This document shows positions 8,178 to 17,928 of a stretch of DNA of 64,000 bases, piece after piece. Numbering within the stretch: the stretch's first letter is position 1; the number at the start of each line of letters is the position of its first letter. The notes below the pieces were generated by a model, which saw only the letters and a list, made by a program, of their open reading frames with translations, was not told the DNA's origin and made no database searches. The stretch lies in NCBI GenBank assembly GCA_036383255.1, contig DASVOS010000009.1, positions 47,287 through 111,286 on the forward strand. Direction: 5' to 3'. The position numbers and the translations under genes are program-made. This stretch comes from Gammaproteobacteria bacterium. Lineage in GTDB: Bacteria > Pseudomonadota > Gammaproteobacteria > Natronospirales > REEB76.

Positions 8178-8489
8178 GTGAAACCCGGTTACATCTGCGT
8201 GTGGGAGTTCCTGGCGGCCCCCGGCAAGGTGGAGGAGTTCAAGCGCCTCTACGGGCCGGAAGGGGATTGGGTGCAGCTGTTCCGCCGCGCGCCGGGCTAC
8301 ATTCGCAGCGAGCTTCATCAGGACCAGGCCAACCCGCAGCGCTTCATGACGGTGGATTACTGGGAATCCCAGGCGGCGGGCGATGCCTTCCGCAAGCAGT
8401 TCCTGCACGAATATGAGGAACTGGACGTGTGCTGCGAACAGTACACCGTGAAGGAAAGGGAGCTGGGCCGGTTCACGCCACTGGGCTGA
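8178..8489 (+). CDS. ABM (antibiotic-biosynthesis-monooxygenase-like) domain protein
   Basis: 103 aa with a GTG start. It has a ferredoxin-like ABM pattern (ICVWEF...FMTVDYWES..AF). The assignment rests on motif resemblance only. Confidence 0.55.
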   Translation: MKPGYICVWEFLAAPGKVEEFKRLYGPEGDWVQLFRRAPGYIRSELHQDQANPQRFMTVDYWESQAAGDAFRKQFLHEYEELDVCCEQYTVKERELGRFTPLG

Positions 8490-8518
8490 AGGCCCGCGCC
8501 CGCCCGGCAGCCCGGGCA

Positions 8519-8546
8519 TTGAAACCGGCACCGGCGGCCCTATCAT
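8519..8546 (+). promoter_or_regulatory. sigma70-like promoter candidate for the nfeD/SPFH pair
   Basis: TTGAAA (8519-8524), 16-nt spacer, TATCAT (8541-8546). GGGAGGGG Shine-Dalgarno precedes the ATG at 8575. Confidence 0.3.
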
Positions 8547-8574
8547 CTATATCTATAGTCCTGGGAGGGGTTCC

Positions 8575-9003
8575 ATGGAACACGAGATGGCTCTGGGCTT
8601 CCTGGCGGCGGGGATCATCCTCCTCGTGCTGGAGATGGCCAGCGTGACGTTCTACCTGGCGGCGCTGGCCTTCGCCTCGCTGCTCACCGCGCTCATCACC
8701 TGGCTCTATCCCATGAACGGCTGGCAGGGGGCGTTGGTGTTCACGCTGGGCTCCGCCGTGGCATTGCCCCTGGCGCACCTGCTGCGCCGCCGCCTGCACG
8801 GCGACAAGACCGACCCGCTGGAGGACATGGACAAGGGCAACCTGGTCACGGTCGCCCAGGCGGACGGCCACGACATCAAAGTGAAGTACCGCGACTCGCT
8901 GTGGGAGGCTGCCTGGGAGGGCAGCGGCCACCCCAGCGTGGGGCAGCGCGCCAAGGTGGTGGCCCGCGACGGCTCGCGCCTGCGCGTGAAGCCGGTCCAC
9001 TGA
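8575..9003 (+). CDS. NfeD-family membrane protein
   Basis: 142 aa. Two or three N-terminal TM helices, then a soluble OB-like C-terminus (GQRAKVVARDGSRLRVKPV). Sits immediately upstream of an SPFH gene, the classic pairing. Confidence 0.75.
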   Translation: MEHEMALGFLAAGIILLVLEMASVTFYLAALAFASLLTALITWLYPMNGWQGALVFTLGSAVALPLAHLLRRRLHGDKTDPLEDMDKGNLVTVAQADGHDIKVKYRDSLWEAAWEGSGHPSVGQRAKVVARDGSRLRVKPVH

Positions 9004-9033
9004 CAAAACGAACATACCAAAGGGAGCATCTCC

Positions 9034-9963
9034 ATGCAGTTGTCATCCATCATCGGCCTGCTGATCCTGGTCTGGGCCGCGTTCACCATCGTCCGCGCGG
9101 TGCGCATCGTGCCGCAGCAGCAGGCCTGGGTCGTCGAGCGCCTGGGGCGCTTCCACGCAGTGCTGGGCTCGGGCATGCAGCTCATCGTGCCGATCCTGGA
9201 CCGGGTGGCCTACCGCTTCGACATGCGTGAGATCCCGATGGACGTGCCGGAGCAGATCTGCATCACCAAGGACAACACGCGCCTGTCGGTGGACGGCGTG
9301 CTCTACTACCAGATCACCAACGCCCAGAACGCCGCCTACGGCACCAACAACGTGATCACCGCCGTGGTACAGCTGGTGCAGACCACCATGCGTGCCGAGG
9401 TAGGCAAGCTGGCGCTGGACGAGTGCCTGTCGCAGCGCGAGACCCTCAACCGCGGCGTGGTGGACGTGCTCACCGAGGCCGCCGCAGGCTGGGGCGTAAA
9501 GGTGCTGCGCTACGAGATCCGCAACCTCACCCCGCCCGACGAGATCCAGCGCGCCATGGAGCTGCAGCTCACCGCCGAGCGGCAGAAGCGCGCCGCCATC
9601 GCCAAGTCCGAGGGCGACCGCCAGCAGGCCATCAACCAGTCGGAAGGCCAGAAGCAGAGCCAGATCAACAATGCCGAGGGCGAACGCCAGTCCGCCATCC
9701 TGCGCGCCGACGGCCAGGCCCAGGCAATCGCCGCGGTGGCCAACGCCACCGCCAAGGCCATCGAGACCATCGGCAAGGCCACCGCGGGCCAGGGCGGCGC
9801 GGACGCGCTGCACTACCAGCTCGGCCAGCAGTGGGTGCAGCAATGGGGCGAGATCGCCAAGACCTCCACCGTGACCGTGGTGCCCGCGAACATGGGCGAC
9901 CTCTCAGCCATGGTGGGCACGCTGCTGTCCCAGTCCGGCAACGCCAAGCCAGCGGCCCGCTGA
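9034..9963 (+). CDS. SPFH/stomatin-family protein (QmcA/paraslipin-like)
   Basis: 309 aa. N-terminal TM helix, then an SPFH core (VPQQQAWVVERLGRFH...LRYEIRNLTPPDEIQRAMELQ) and an Ala/Gln-rich coiled coil. Confidence 0.85.
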   Translation: MQLSSIIGLLILVWAAFTIVRAVRIVPQQQAWVVERLGRFHAVLGSGMQLIVPILDRVAYRFDMREIPMDVPEQICITKDNTRLSVDGVLYYQITNAQNAAYGTNNVITAVVQLVQTTMRAEVGKLALDECLSQRETLNRGVVDVLTEAAAGWGVKVLRYEIRNLTPPDEIQRAMELQLTAERQKRAAIAKSEGDRQQAINQSEGQKQSQINNAEGERQSAILRADGQAQAIAAVANATAKAIETIGKATAGQGGADALHYQLGQQWVQQWGEIAKTSTVTVVPANMGDLSAMVGTLLSQSGNAKPAAR

Positions 9964-9973
9964 CGGGCCGCTA

Positions 9974-11194
9974 ATGAGCCCGCGCACCGCCGCGGTGATC
10001 GGCGGCGGTCCCGCGGGTCTCATGGCCGCGGAGACGCTGGCGCAAGCCGGCGTCTCCGTCGCTCTCTACGACGCCATGCCCTCCGTGGGGCGCAAGTTCC
10101 TGCAGGCGGGCGTCGGCGGCCTCAACCTGACCCATTCCGAACCGGAAGCGGCCTTCCTCGCGCGCTACGGCGTACGGCGCGAGAGGCTGCGCCCGTGGCT
10201 GGAGCGTTTCGGCCCGGATGCACTGCGCACCTGGGCGGCGTCGCTGGGCGTCGAGACCTTCGTCGGCAGCTCAGGCCGCGTGTTTCCCAGGGAGATGAAG
10301 GCCGCGCCACTCCTGCGTGCCTGGCTGCGGCGCCTGAAAGAGGATGGCGTGCGCATCCACGTGCGGCATCGCTGGCGTGGCTGGGACGGGCAGGGCGCGC
10401 TACTGTTCGACACGCCGGACGGAAGCAGGACCTCCAAGCCGGATATCACCGTGCTCGCCGTGGGCGGCGGCAGCTGGGCGCGCCTCGGGTCCGATGGTGC
10501 CTGGGTGGGACTGCTGGAGGCGAAAGGCGTCGAGATACACCCCCTCAAGCCTGCCAACTGCGGCTTCGAGGCCGCCTGGAGCGGACATCTCCGCGAACGC
10601 TTCGCCGGCCAGCCGGTGAAGCCCGTGACCGCCTGGCTGGAAGACGGCACGCCGAGACAAGGCGAGTTCATCGTCACCCATCATGGTGTCGAGGGCGGAC
10701 TCATCTACGCCTTGTCTACATCCCTGCGCGAGGCCATCGAGCGAGACGGCAGTGTGACCTTGCATATCGACCTCGTGCCGAACCGGGATGTGCCGCATCT
10801 GGCGCAAGCTCTCGCCAAACCACGCGGCTCCCAGTCCATGGCCAACCATCTGCGCAAGCAGACGGGGCTCGAAGGCGTGAAGGCAGGGCTGCTGCGGGAG
10901 GTGGCGGGTGCCGGGGAGCTGCCGGCGCCTGGCGAGCTCGCGGCGCTCATCAAGGATCTTCCCATCAAGCTCACGGCGATGCGTCCGCTGGACGAAGCCA
11001 TCAGCACAGCCGGCGGTATCGCCTTCGAGACTATGGACGAACACTCGATGTTGCGGGCGCTGCCGGGAGTCTTCTGCGCCGGTGAGATGCTGGACTGGGA
11101 AGCGCCCACCGGCGGCTACCTGCTCACGGCCTGTTTCGCCAGCGGCAAGGCCGCGGGCGAGGGCGCACTGCGCAGGCTGGAAGGCAAGCCATGA
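9974..11194 (+). CDS. HI0933/BaiN-family FAD flavoprotein
   Basis: 406 aa. N-terminal [13 protein letters not shown] dinucleotide fold and a C-terminal [16 protein letters not shown] motif typical of this family. Confidence 0.8.
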   Translation: MSPRTAAVIGGGPAGLMAAETLAQAGVSVALYDAMPSVGRKFLQAGVGGLNLTHSEPEAAFLARYGVRRERLRPWLERFGPDALRTWAASLGVETFVGSSGRVFPREMKAAPLLRAWLRRLKEDGVRIHVRHRWRGWDGQGALLFDTPDGSRTSKPDITVLAVGGGSWARLGSDGAWVGLLEAKGVEIHPLKPANCGFEAAWSGHLRERFAGQPVKPVTAWLEDGTPRQGEFIVTHHGVEGGLIYALSTSLREAIERDGSVTLHIDLVPNRDVPHLAQALAKPRGSQSMANHLRKQTGLEGVKAGLLREVAGAGELPAPGELAALIKDLPIKLTAMRPLDEAISTAGGIAFETMDEHSMLRALPGVFCAGEMLDWEAPTGGYLLTACFASGKAAGEGALRRLEGKP

Positions 11195-11640
11195 GGATCT
11201 GGGTGGACGCGGATGCCTGCCCCAAGGCCATCAAGGAGATCCTGTTCCGCGCCGCCAAACGCGCCGGCGTGCAGCTCACGCTGGTAGCCAACCAGTCGCT
11301 GCGCACTCCGCCTTCGCAGCACATCAAGTCCATGCAGGTGGCATCAGGCTTCGACGTGGCGGACAACGAGATCGTGAGGCAGGTGGCGGCAGGCGATCTG
11401 GTGGTCACGGCGGACATACCGCTGGCGGCGCAGGTGGTGGAGAAGGGCGCCCACGCCCTCAACCCACGTGGCGAGCTCTACACGCCCGAGAACATCAAGG
11501 CTCGCCTGAGCCTGCGGGACTTCATGGCCAACCTGCGAGACAGCGGCGTACAGACCGGCGGCCCCGCGCCCCTGAGCCAGGCCGACCGGCAGGCCTTCGC
11601 CAACCATCTGGACCGTCTGCTGGCGAAGCGGGGTGCCTAA
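11191..11640 (+). CDS. yaiI: YaiI/YqxD family protein (UPF0178)
   Basis: 149 aa. [18 protein letters not shown] is the family N-terminus. ATGA overlap with the preceding gene. Confidence 0.8.
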   Translation: MRIWVDADACPKAIKEILFRAAKRAGVQLTLVANQSLRTPPSQHIKSMQVASGFDVADNEIVRQVAAGDLVVTADIPLAAQVVEKGAHALNPRGELYTPENIKARLSLRDFMANLRDSGVQTGGPAPLSQADRQAFANHLDRLLAKRGA

Positions 11641-12125
11641 GGTTTGATGCGTTTGACCTGCACCGTGTCGCGCACGCCTTCCACGGACATGTAATAGGAA
11701 TTGAACAGGCCACGGCTGATGGTGACCTTGGGGTGCATGAGCGCACCCAGCGTCAGTACGGCGTCGTCCATCTGCTCCCAGACCTGGCCGTTGTCGAGAT
11801 GGAAGGTGGTGCCACCACTCCAGCCGCGGAACTCACCGCTGATGTAGGAACTGATGCTGTCGTCCGCGGCAGGCGCCTGCTCCGCTACCGCCGGAGCCGC
11901 GGCCGCCCGCCCTGCCGCGGGATCGCAGCCATGCTGTTTCTGGTAACCGGCAAACCAGGCATCCAGCGCCTTGATCTGGGCGTCCGAGAGCTTGTCCAGG
12001 CCGCTGGCGCGAAAATCCGCCACCGACATTGCCCTGAGTACGTCGAAATCCTGCTGGTCTGCCGATGCGATGCCGGTTACACACAGCAGCGCCGCCGCCA
12101 GCATCACATGGGTTAACATCTTCAT
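11637..12125 (-). CDS. hypothetical secreted protein
   Basis: 162 aa. Signal peptide ([15 protein letters not shown]) and an Ala/Pro linker. No family recognised. Its stop overlaps the yaiI stop. Confidence 0.5.
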   Translation of the reverse strand: MKMLTHVMLAAALLCVTGIASADQQDFDVLRAMSVADFRASGLDKLSDAQIKALDAWFAGYQKQHGCDPAAGRAAAAPAVAEQAPAADDSISSYISGEFRGWSGGTTFHLDNGQVWEQMDDAVLTLGALMHPKVTISRGLFNSYYMSVEGVRDTVQVKRIKP

Positions 12126-12206
12126 CCGCGGTCCTCCGGTTCAGCCGATTGTCGCACGCCCGCCGTGACCGCATCCATCGCATCACCCGAGACAGGAGTG
12201 GAGATC

Positions 12207-12734
12207 ATGCAGTTCTCGATGTATCAGGCGACGGCGCCGGGCTTCATCCACATACTCACTCAGCTGAAGCTCGTCCTGAAGAAGGGCGAGGATCACGCCG
12301 CCGCGCACAAGATCGACCCGCTGGTGCTGACCGGCGCGCGCCTGTTCCCGGACATGTTCCCGCTGAATCGCCAGATTCACATCGCCACCGACCAGGTTAA
12401 GTTCTGCATGGCGCGCCTCTCCGGCACCGACGCGCCGAAGTTCGACGACACCGAGAAGACTTTCGATGAGCTGCAGGCGCGCCTCGACAAGACCATCGCC
12501 TACATCCAGGGTTTCAAACCCGCACAGATCGACGGCAGCGAGAACAAGACCATCGAGGTCAAGCCGGCGAACGGCAACCCGCGCAAGTACCAGGGCACGA
12601 ACTACGTGTTCGATTCCGTATACCCGAACTTCTTCTTCCATGTGACCACGGCCTACGCGATCCTGCGCCACAACGGTGTCGCGGTGGGCAAGACGGATTT
12701 CCTCGGCGACACCGAGCACGTCAAGCGCTCCTAG
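12207..12734 (+). CDS. DUF1993 domain protein
   Basis: The ATG at 12207 is preceded by GGAGTGGAG. MQFSMYQATAPGFIHILTQL...NFFFHVTTAYAILRHNGV matches my memory of DUF1993. The track ORF begins 42 nt upstream. Confidence 0.7.
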   Translation: MQFSMYQATAPGFIHILTQLKLVLKKGEDHAAAHKIDPLVLTGARLFPDMFPLNRQIHIATDQVKFCMARLSGTDAPKFDDTEKTFDELQARLDKTIAYIQGFKPAQIDGSENKTIEVKPANGNPRKYQGTNYVFDSVYPNFFFHVTTAYAILRHNGVAVGKTDFLGDTEHVKRS

Positions 12735-12757
12735 GCGCGTCCCGCCTACACCCGCTA

Positions 12758-12794
12758 CCCGCGGATGTCCATTCTTCGGGCATCCGCGGGTTTT
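12758..12794 (+). terminator. rho-independent terminator
   Basis: CCCGCGGATG (12758-12767), 13-nt loop, CATCCGCGGG (12781-12790), TTTT. Confidence 0.6.
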
Positions 12795-12880
12795 GCCGGC
12801 CGTCCCTTCCCGCCGAAAATGCAGTCCTCGTCACGGTCGCGCGCGCCGTGGACATATAACATCGAACAAAAGCCGGATTT

Positions 12881-13651
12881 ATGTCGCGCCCTGTAGAAAA
12901 ACCTGCAATGGAGCAGGGCATACCCGAAGCATTTTTCCTGGATGTGGACGGCACCTTGCTCCCGATCGCGGACTCGCCCGAGACGGTGGTCCCGACCGCG
13001 GCCGTGTGCGGCCTGCTCAACCGCCTCTCGGCGGCCTGCGATGGAGCGCTCGCGCTGGTAAGCGGCCGTCCCCTGCGGCAGGTGGACCTCATGTTCGCAC
13101 CCAACCGCTTCGTCGCCGCCGCCCAGCACGGCGCGGAACGGCGTGATCCCGGCGGCATGGTGGTCTGGTCCGAAGCGCACCTGCCGGCGTTGCAGGCAGT
13201 GGGGCCGAGGCTGCGCCGGCTCGCGGACTCCGATCCGCACCTCAGGCTCGAGGACAAGGGCCTCGCCATTGCGCTGCACTACCGTCGCGCTCCCCACCTC
13301 GGTGACCAGCTTGCCATACGCATGATGACGCTGCTGGCGCCGTATTCGGTGCTGCGCCTGCAGCCCGGCAAGATGGTGCTGGAAGTGTGCGGTGCCGAGA
13401 CCGGCAAGGGCCGGGCGGTCGAGGCATACCTCAGGCAGCCGCCCTTCGCGGGCCGCCGCCCCATCTACATCGGAGACGACCTCACCGACGAGAGCGCTTT
13501 CGAAGCGGTCAACGCGCGCGGCGGCCTCAGCATCAAGGTGGGTCCGGGGCCGAGCGTGGCGCAGGAGCGGCTCACTGATCCCGCCGCGGTGCTCGCCTGG
13601 CTCAAATCACGTCTCCAGGGAACGGAGAGTGGGGACCTTGCGCGACCTTGA
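12881..13651 (+). CDS. otsB: trehalose-6-phosphate phosphatase
   Basis: 256 aa. HAD motif I FLDVDGTL, plus KG and GDDLTDE motifs. Part of an ots cluster. Confidence 0.85.
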   Translation: MSRPVEKPAMEQGIPEAFFLDVDGTLLPIADSPETVVPTAAVCGLLNRLSAACDGALALVSGRPLRQVDLMFAPNRFVAAAQHGAERRDPGGMVVWSEAHLPALQAVGPRLRRLADSDPHLRLEDKGLAIALHYRRAPHLGDQLAIRMMTLLAPYSVLRLQPGKMVLEVCGAETGKGRAVEAYLRQPPFAGRRPIYIGDDLTDESAFEAVNARGGLSIKVGPGPSVAQERLTDPAAVLAWLKSRLQGTESGDLARP

Positions 13652-15419
13652 ACTGGGCCTCATCGGCAACTGCGCGTTCGGAGCGCTGGTGGATGCCCGC
13701 GCCGAGATCGTGTGGGCCTGCCTGCCGCGCTTCGATGCCGATCCGGTGTTCTGCTCGTTGCTGGAGCCCGCGGAGGAAGGCCGCGGCAGCTTCAGCATCG
13801 ACCTTGCCGGGTTCGCGAGCTCCAGCCAGCGTTATGAGCGCAACACCGCCATATTGGTGACCACGCTCAATGACGCCCAGGGCGGCGTGGTGGAGGTCGT
13901 GGATTTCGCTCCACGCTTCAAGAACTTCGGCCGCATGTTCCGCCCGGCCACGTTGGTGCGCTGCATCCGCCCGCTCAAGGGCCGGCCGCGCATCACGCTG
14001 AGGCTGCGGCCAGCGGGGGACTACGGCGCACAGAAGCCAGCCACCACGGCTGGCAGCAACCATGTGCGCTACCTGCTGCCCGGAATGGTGCTGAGACTCA
14101 CCACCAACGCGCCTGTGACGGCTGTATTGGACGAGACGCCGTTCCAGCTCGACCACGAGGTGGTGATGCTGCTGGGGCCGGACGAAGTGGTGAACGTCTC
14201 GTTGGAGGAGATGGTGCGGGAATTCCACCTTGAGACCGCGGCCTATTGGCGCGAGTGGGTGCGCTACCTGGCGCTACCCCTGGAATGGCAGGACGAGGTG
14301 ATCCGCGCAGCCATCACCCTCAAGCTCTGCACCTTCGAGGACACCGGTGCGGTGATCGCGGCCGTCACCACTTCCATCCCCGAAAGCACCGGCTCCTCCC
14401 GCAACTGGGATTACCGCCACTGCTGGTTGCGGGACAGCTACTTCGTAGTGAACGCGCTCAACCGTCTGGGTGCGACCCGTACCATGGAGGACTACATACG
14501 GTACGTGGTCAACGTCGGCGCCGACGCTGTGGATGGGCGCCTCAAACCCGTGTACCGCATCAATGGCCGTAGCGACCTGGAAGAGCGGGAAGTCGGGAGC
14601 CTAAAGGGGTACCGGAGCTTCGGGCCCGTACGGGTGGGCAACGACGCGCACCGCCAGGAGCAGAACGACGTGTACGGCGCAGTGGTGCTGTCCGCCGCCC
14701 ACGCCTTCTTCGATGCGCGGCTGGACTCGCCCGGCGACGCGGCGTTGTTCGCCCAGCTGGAGGGGCTGGGAGAGACCGCCCTCGAGCTGCACGACAAACC
14801 GGACGCAGGCCTGTGGGAGCTGCGCGGCAACAGCCGCGTGCATACGTTCTCCAGCGTGATGTGCTGGACCGCCTGCGACCGCCTGGCTCGCATCGCCCGG
14901 CGCCTGGGCCTCAAGGAGCGCACCTTATATTGGAGCGGGGCGGCGGAACGCGTCCGCACCACCATCCTGGAACGGGCCTGGAGCGCCAAGCTCGGCAGCT
15001 TCACCGCCAGCTTCGGTGGTGAGTCGCTTGATGCAGCGCTGCTGCTGCTGGCGGAGCTCGGCATCGTGGAGCCGAAGGACCCGCGTTTCGTCGCGACGGT
15101 CGAGGCGATCGGGCGCGAGCTCAAGCGCGGCGACTACGTATTCCGCTACGTGGAGGCAGATGACTTCGGCACGCCTCACAACGCCTTCACTCTCTGCACA
15201 TTCTGGTACATCGATGCGCTCGCCAAGATAGGCCGGCGCGAGGAGGCACGCACCCTGTTCGAGCACATGCTGGCGCGGCGCACTGCCACCGGCCTCCTGT
15301 CGGAACACCTGGATCCCGCCACCGGCGAGTTGTGGGGCAATTTCCCCCAGACCTACAGCATGGTGGGTATCATCCATTCCGCCATGCGCCTCAGCGACCC
15401 CTGGGAGGTCGCGTTTTGA
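13629..15419 (+). CDS. glycoside hydrolase family 15 protein (glucoamylase/trehalase-like)
   Basis: The start is inferred at the GTG at 13629 (TTG at 13638 is an alternative), since the track ORF upstream extension overlaps otsB in another frame. The GH15 catalytic domain is recognisable (SIPESTGSSRNWDYRHCWLRDS, GLWELRG, FPQTYSMVG). Confidence 0.85.
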   Translation: MGTLRDLELGLIGNCAFGALVDARAEIVWACLPRFDADPVFCSLLEPAEEGRGSFSIDLAGFASSSQRYERNTAILVTTLNDAQGGVVEVVDFAPRFKNFGRMFRPATLVRCIRPLKGRPRITLRLRPAGDYGAQKPATTAGSNHVRYLLPGMVLRLTTNAPVTAVLDETPFQLDHEVVMLLGPDEVVNVSLEEMVREFHLETAAYWREWVRYLALPLEWQDEVIRAAITLKLCTFEDTGAVIAAVTTSIPESTGSSRNWDYRHCWLRDSYFVVNALNRLGATRTMEDYIRYVVNVGADAVDGRLKPVYRINGRSDLEEREVGSLKGYRSFGPVRVGNDAHRQEQNDVYGAVVLSAAHAFFDARLDSPGDAALFAQLEGLGETALELHDKPDAGLWELRGNSRVHTFSSVMCWTACDRLARIARRLGLKERTLYWSGAAERVRTTILERAWSAKLGSFTASFGGESLDAALLLLAELGIVEPKDPRFVATVEAIGRELKRGDYVFRYVEADDFGTPHNAFTLCTFWYIDALAKIGRREEARTLFEHMLARRTATGLLSEHLDPATGELWGNFPQTYSMVGIIHSAMRLSDPWEVAF

Positions 15420-16834
15420 CACGGCTGGTGGCGGTCTCCAACCGGGTGGCCCTGCCGGACCGGCGCGGGAGCGCCCAAGGCGGCCTCGCCACGGGCCTGC
15501 TGGCAGCGATGCGCAAGCAAGGCGGCCTCTGGTTCGGCTGGAACGGCAAGCTCGTCGAGCGGCACGCCGAGAAGCCGGAGGTGATGGAGGAGGAGGGCGT
15601 GAGCTTCGCCACGGTGCCGCTGACAGGGCGTGAGTTCGAACGCTACTACGTGGGCTTCGCCAACAGCATGCTGTGGCCGCTGTGCCACTCACGTCTCAAC
15701 CTGCTGCGCTACCGCGACGCCGACTACCGATGCTACCTGGACGTGAACCGCATGTTCGCGACGCGACTCGCGCCGTTGCTGCAGGAAGACGACTTGGTAT
15801 GGGTGCACGACTACCACTTCCTGCCCATGGGCCGCATGCTGAGGGAGGCCGGTGTGGGCCAGCCCATCGGTTTCTTCCTGCACATCCCATTTCCCTTCCC
15901 CGACACGCTGCGCACGCTGCCGGACTACAAGAACTTGCTGCGGGCGATGCTCGACTACGACGTGCTGGGTTTCCAGACCCCGCTGGACGTGGAGGCGTTC
16001 CTGGCGGGGATACGCCACTGCTGCCCGGGTGCCAAGGTGCGCGGTGACTATGTCGAACTGGAGGGCAGGCACGTGAAGGTACAGGCCTTCCCCATCGGTA
16101 TCGACGTGGACGGCGTGGCGCGCATGGCGCGCAAGGGCCGGCAGGGCAACCACGGCCAGCGCCTCGAAGCCAGCCTCACGGGCCGGCGTCTCATCATCGG
16201 CGTGGACCGGCTCGACTACAGCAAGGGCCTGCCGGAACGCTTCCGCGCCTATGGCCGCATGCTGGAGCTCAGTCCCGAGTACCGCCGCCAGGTAGTGCTG
16301 CTGCAGATCGCTCCGCTCTCGCGCACCGAGGTGGCCGAGTACGAGGACCTGCGTCAGGAGATCAACGCAATCGCCGGCGACATCCACGCCCGCTTCGCCG
16401 AATACGACTGGCTGCCGCTGCGCTACATGACACGCGGCTTCCCGCGCCCAACGGTCATGGGTTTCCTATCCATGGCGCGCATCGGCCTGGTCACACCCAT
16501 GCGTGACGGCATGAACCTCGTCGCCAAGGAATACTGCGCGGCCCAGCCGCAGGATGATCCAGGCGTGCTGGTGCTATCATCTCTGGCAGGAGCGGCAGAT
16601 CAGCTCAAGGATGCACTCATAGTGAACCCCTACGACGTGGACGGCATGGCCGCCGCCATTGCCCGCGGGCTCAGCATGCCGGTGGAGGAGAGGCGCGCAC
16701 GCCACACGCGGCTGCTGGCGGCGCTGCGCGAGAAGGACGTTCACCGCTGGGTGGCGGACTTCACTGACGCGCTGCGGGAGGCCGGCTCAGTCCGCGCGCA
16801 CGCCGGTGGGCGGCGGGCCGGGGGCAGCGCATGA
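15416..16834 (+). CDS. otsA: alpha,alpha-trehalose-phosphate synthase
   Basis: The start is inferred at the TTG at 15416 (TTGA overlap with the GH15 stop). LVAVSNRV, GGLWFGW, VWVHDYHF and GVDRLDYSKG are GT20 hallmarks. Confidence 0.9.
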   Translation: MTRLVAVSNRVALPDRRGSAQGGLATGLLAAMRKQGGLWFGWNGKLVERHAEKPEVMEEEGVSFATVPLTGREFERYYVGFANSMLWPLCHSRLNLLRYRDADYRCYLDVNRMFATRLAPLLQEDDLVWVHDYHFLPMGRMLREAGVGQPIGFFLHIPFPFPDTLRTLPDYKNLLRAMLDYDVLGFQTPLDVEAFLAGIRHCCPGAKVRGDYVELEGRHVKVQAFPIGIDVDGVARMARKGRQGNHGQRLEASLTGRRLIIGVDRLDYSKGLPERFRAYGRMLELSPEYRRQVVLLQIAPLSRTEVAEYEDLRQEINAIAGDIHARFAEYDWLPLRYMTRGFPRPTVMGFLSMARIGLVTPMRDGMNLVAKEYCAAQPQDDPGVLVLSSLAGAADQLKDALIVNPYDVDGMAAAIARGLSMPVEERRARHTRLLAALREKDVHRWVADFTDALREAGSVRAHAGGRRAGGSA

Positions 16835-17907
16835 GCGGCATCACCGAAGACCTCCTGTCCGCGGCGCTATTCGCCGTGCTGCTCTGCGCATCCCTGGCCG
16901 TGACTTATCTCGTGCTCTGGCTGCTGCGGCCGGTGGCGCGGCGCATACCCGGTGGCATCGCAGAATGCGTGCTGAAGCGCCTGCGCGAACCGGTGCTGGT
17001 GCTGGTGCCGCTCCTGGTGATGCTGGCAGCGCAGCCGCTGGCACGCTTCAGGCCGCGGGTGGACAACTGGGTCTATCACGCGGTCACCATGCTGCTGATC
17101 GCCGCCACCGGCTGGGGCTGCATCCGCCTGTTCGATGCCTGGCGCGACAGCCTCACGCTGCACCACCGTCTGGACGTGGCGGATAACCTGCGCGCACGCC
17201 AGGTCATCACCCAGGTACTGATCATCCGCCGCATCGCGGTGGTGCTGGTGGTGATCATCACGCTGGCTGCCATGCTGATGACCTTCCCGCAGGTGCGGGC
17301 CCTCGGCACGACGCTGTTCGCCTCCGCCGGCGCCGCAGGCCTTCTGATCGGCCTCGCCGCCAAGCCTACTGCCACCAACATCCTGGCGGGTCTGCAGGTG
17401 GCCCTGACCGAGCCGATCCGTATCGACGACGTGGTGGTGGTGGAGGGGGAGTGGGGCTGGATCGAGGAGATCCGCACCACCTACGTGGTGGTGCGGGTGT
17501 GGGACCAGCGCCGCCTGCTGCTGCCGCTCTCATACTTCATCGAGAAGCCGTTCCAGAACTGGACCCGCCGCACTGCGGACTTGCTCGCCACCGTGACTCT
17601 ATACGTGGACTACGTGACGCCGGTGGCGGAGGTGCGGGAACGCCTGCACGAGATACTCAAGTCCAGTCGGCTGTGGGACGGCAAGGCCTGGGCGTTGCAG
17701 GTGACCGATGCTACCTCTCATACCCTGGAGCTGCGCGCGCTCATGAGCGTGGCCAACAGTGGCAGTGCCTGGGATCTGCGCTGCCTGGTGCGGGAAGAGT
17801 TGGTTAGATACCTGCAGGAACGGCGTCCCGACTGCCTGCCGCACACCCGCATCGCCCTCAGCAAGGCCCCCGAGGCTCAGGGCGATACCGATCTCGGAGT
17901 GTCCTAA
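16831..17907 (+). CDS. mechanosensitive ion channel family protein (MscS-like)
   Basis: 358 aa. Several TM helices, then an MscS core (NILAGLQVALTEPIRIDDVVVVEGEWGWIEEIRTTYVVVRVWDQRRLLLP). ATGA overlap with the otsA stop. Confidence 0.85.
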   Translation: MSGITEDLLSAALFAVLLCASLAVTYLVLWLLRPVARRIPGGIAECVLKRLREPVLVLVPLLVMLAAQPLARFRPRVDNWVYHAVTMLLIAATGWGCIRLFDAWRDSLTLHHRLDVADNLRARQVITQVLIIRRIAVVLVVIITLAAMLMTFPQVRALGTTLFASAGAAGLLIGLAAKPTATNILAGLQVALTEPIRIDDVVVVEGEWGWIEEIRTTYVVVRVWDQRRLLLPLSYFIEKPFQNWTRRTADLLATVTLYVDYVTPVAEVRERLHEILKSSRLWDGKAWALQVTDATSHTLELRALMSVANSGSAWDLRCLVREELVRYLQERRPDCLPHTRIALSKAPEAQGDTDLGVS

Positions 17908-17928
17908 TGTCATCTTGAGGAGCCGCCC

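Noticed and set aside
8575-9963. The NfeD plus SPFH/stomatin pair, considered as a possible unusual two-gene system.
   Set aside because: This is a very widespread and well-described operon pairing in bacteria and archaea. Nothing in the sequence (length, motifs, spacing) departs from the norm.
13392-13628. The upstream extension of the GH15 ORF (track start 13392). Analogous extensions occur on otsA (15332), pabB (36872), pabC (38473), gspJ (to 32184), gspM (to 29296), gspN (to 28838) and gspG (to 33124).
   Set aside because: The extensions overlap the preceding, well-supported genes in another frame and translate to Arg/Pro/Ala-rich sequence. The recognisable family N-termini begin at internal ATG/GTG/TTG codons that form typical start-stop overlaps.
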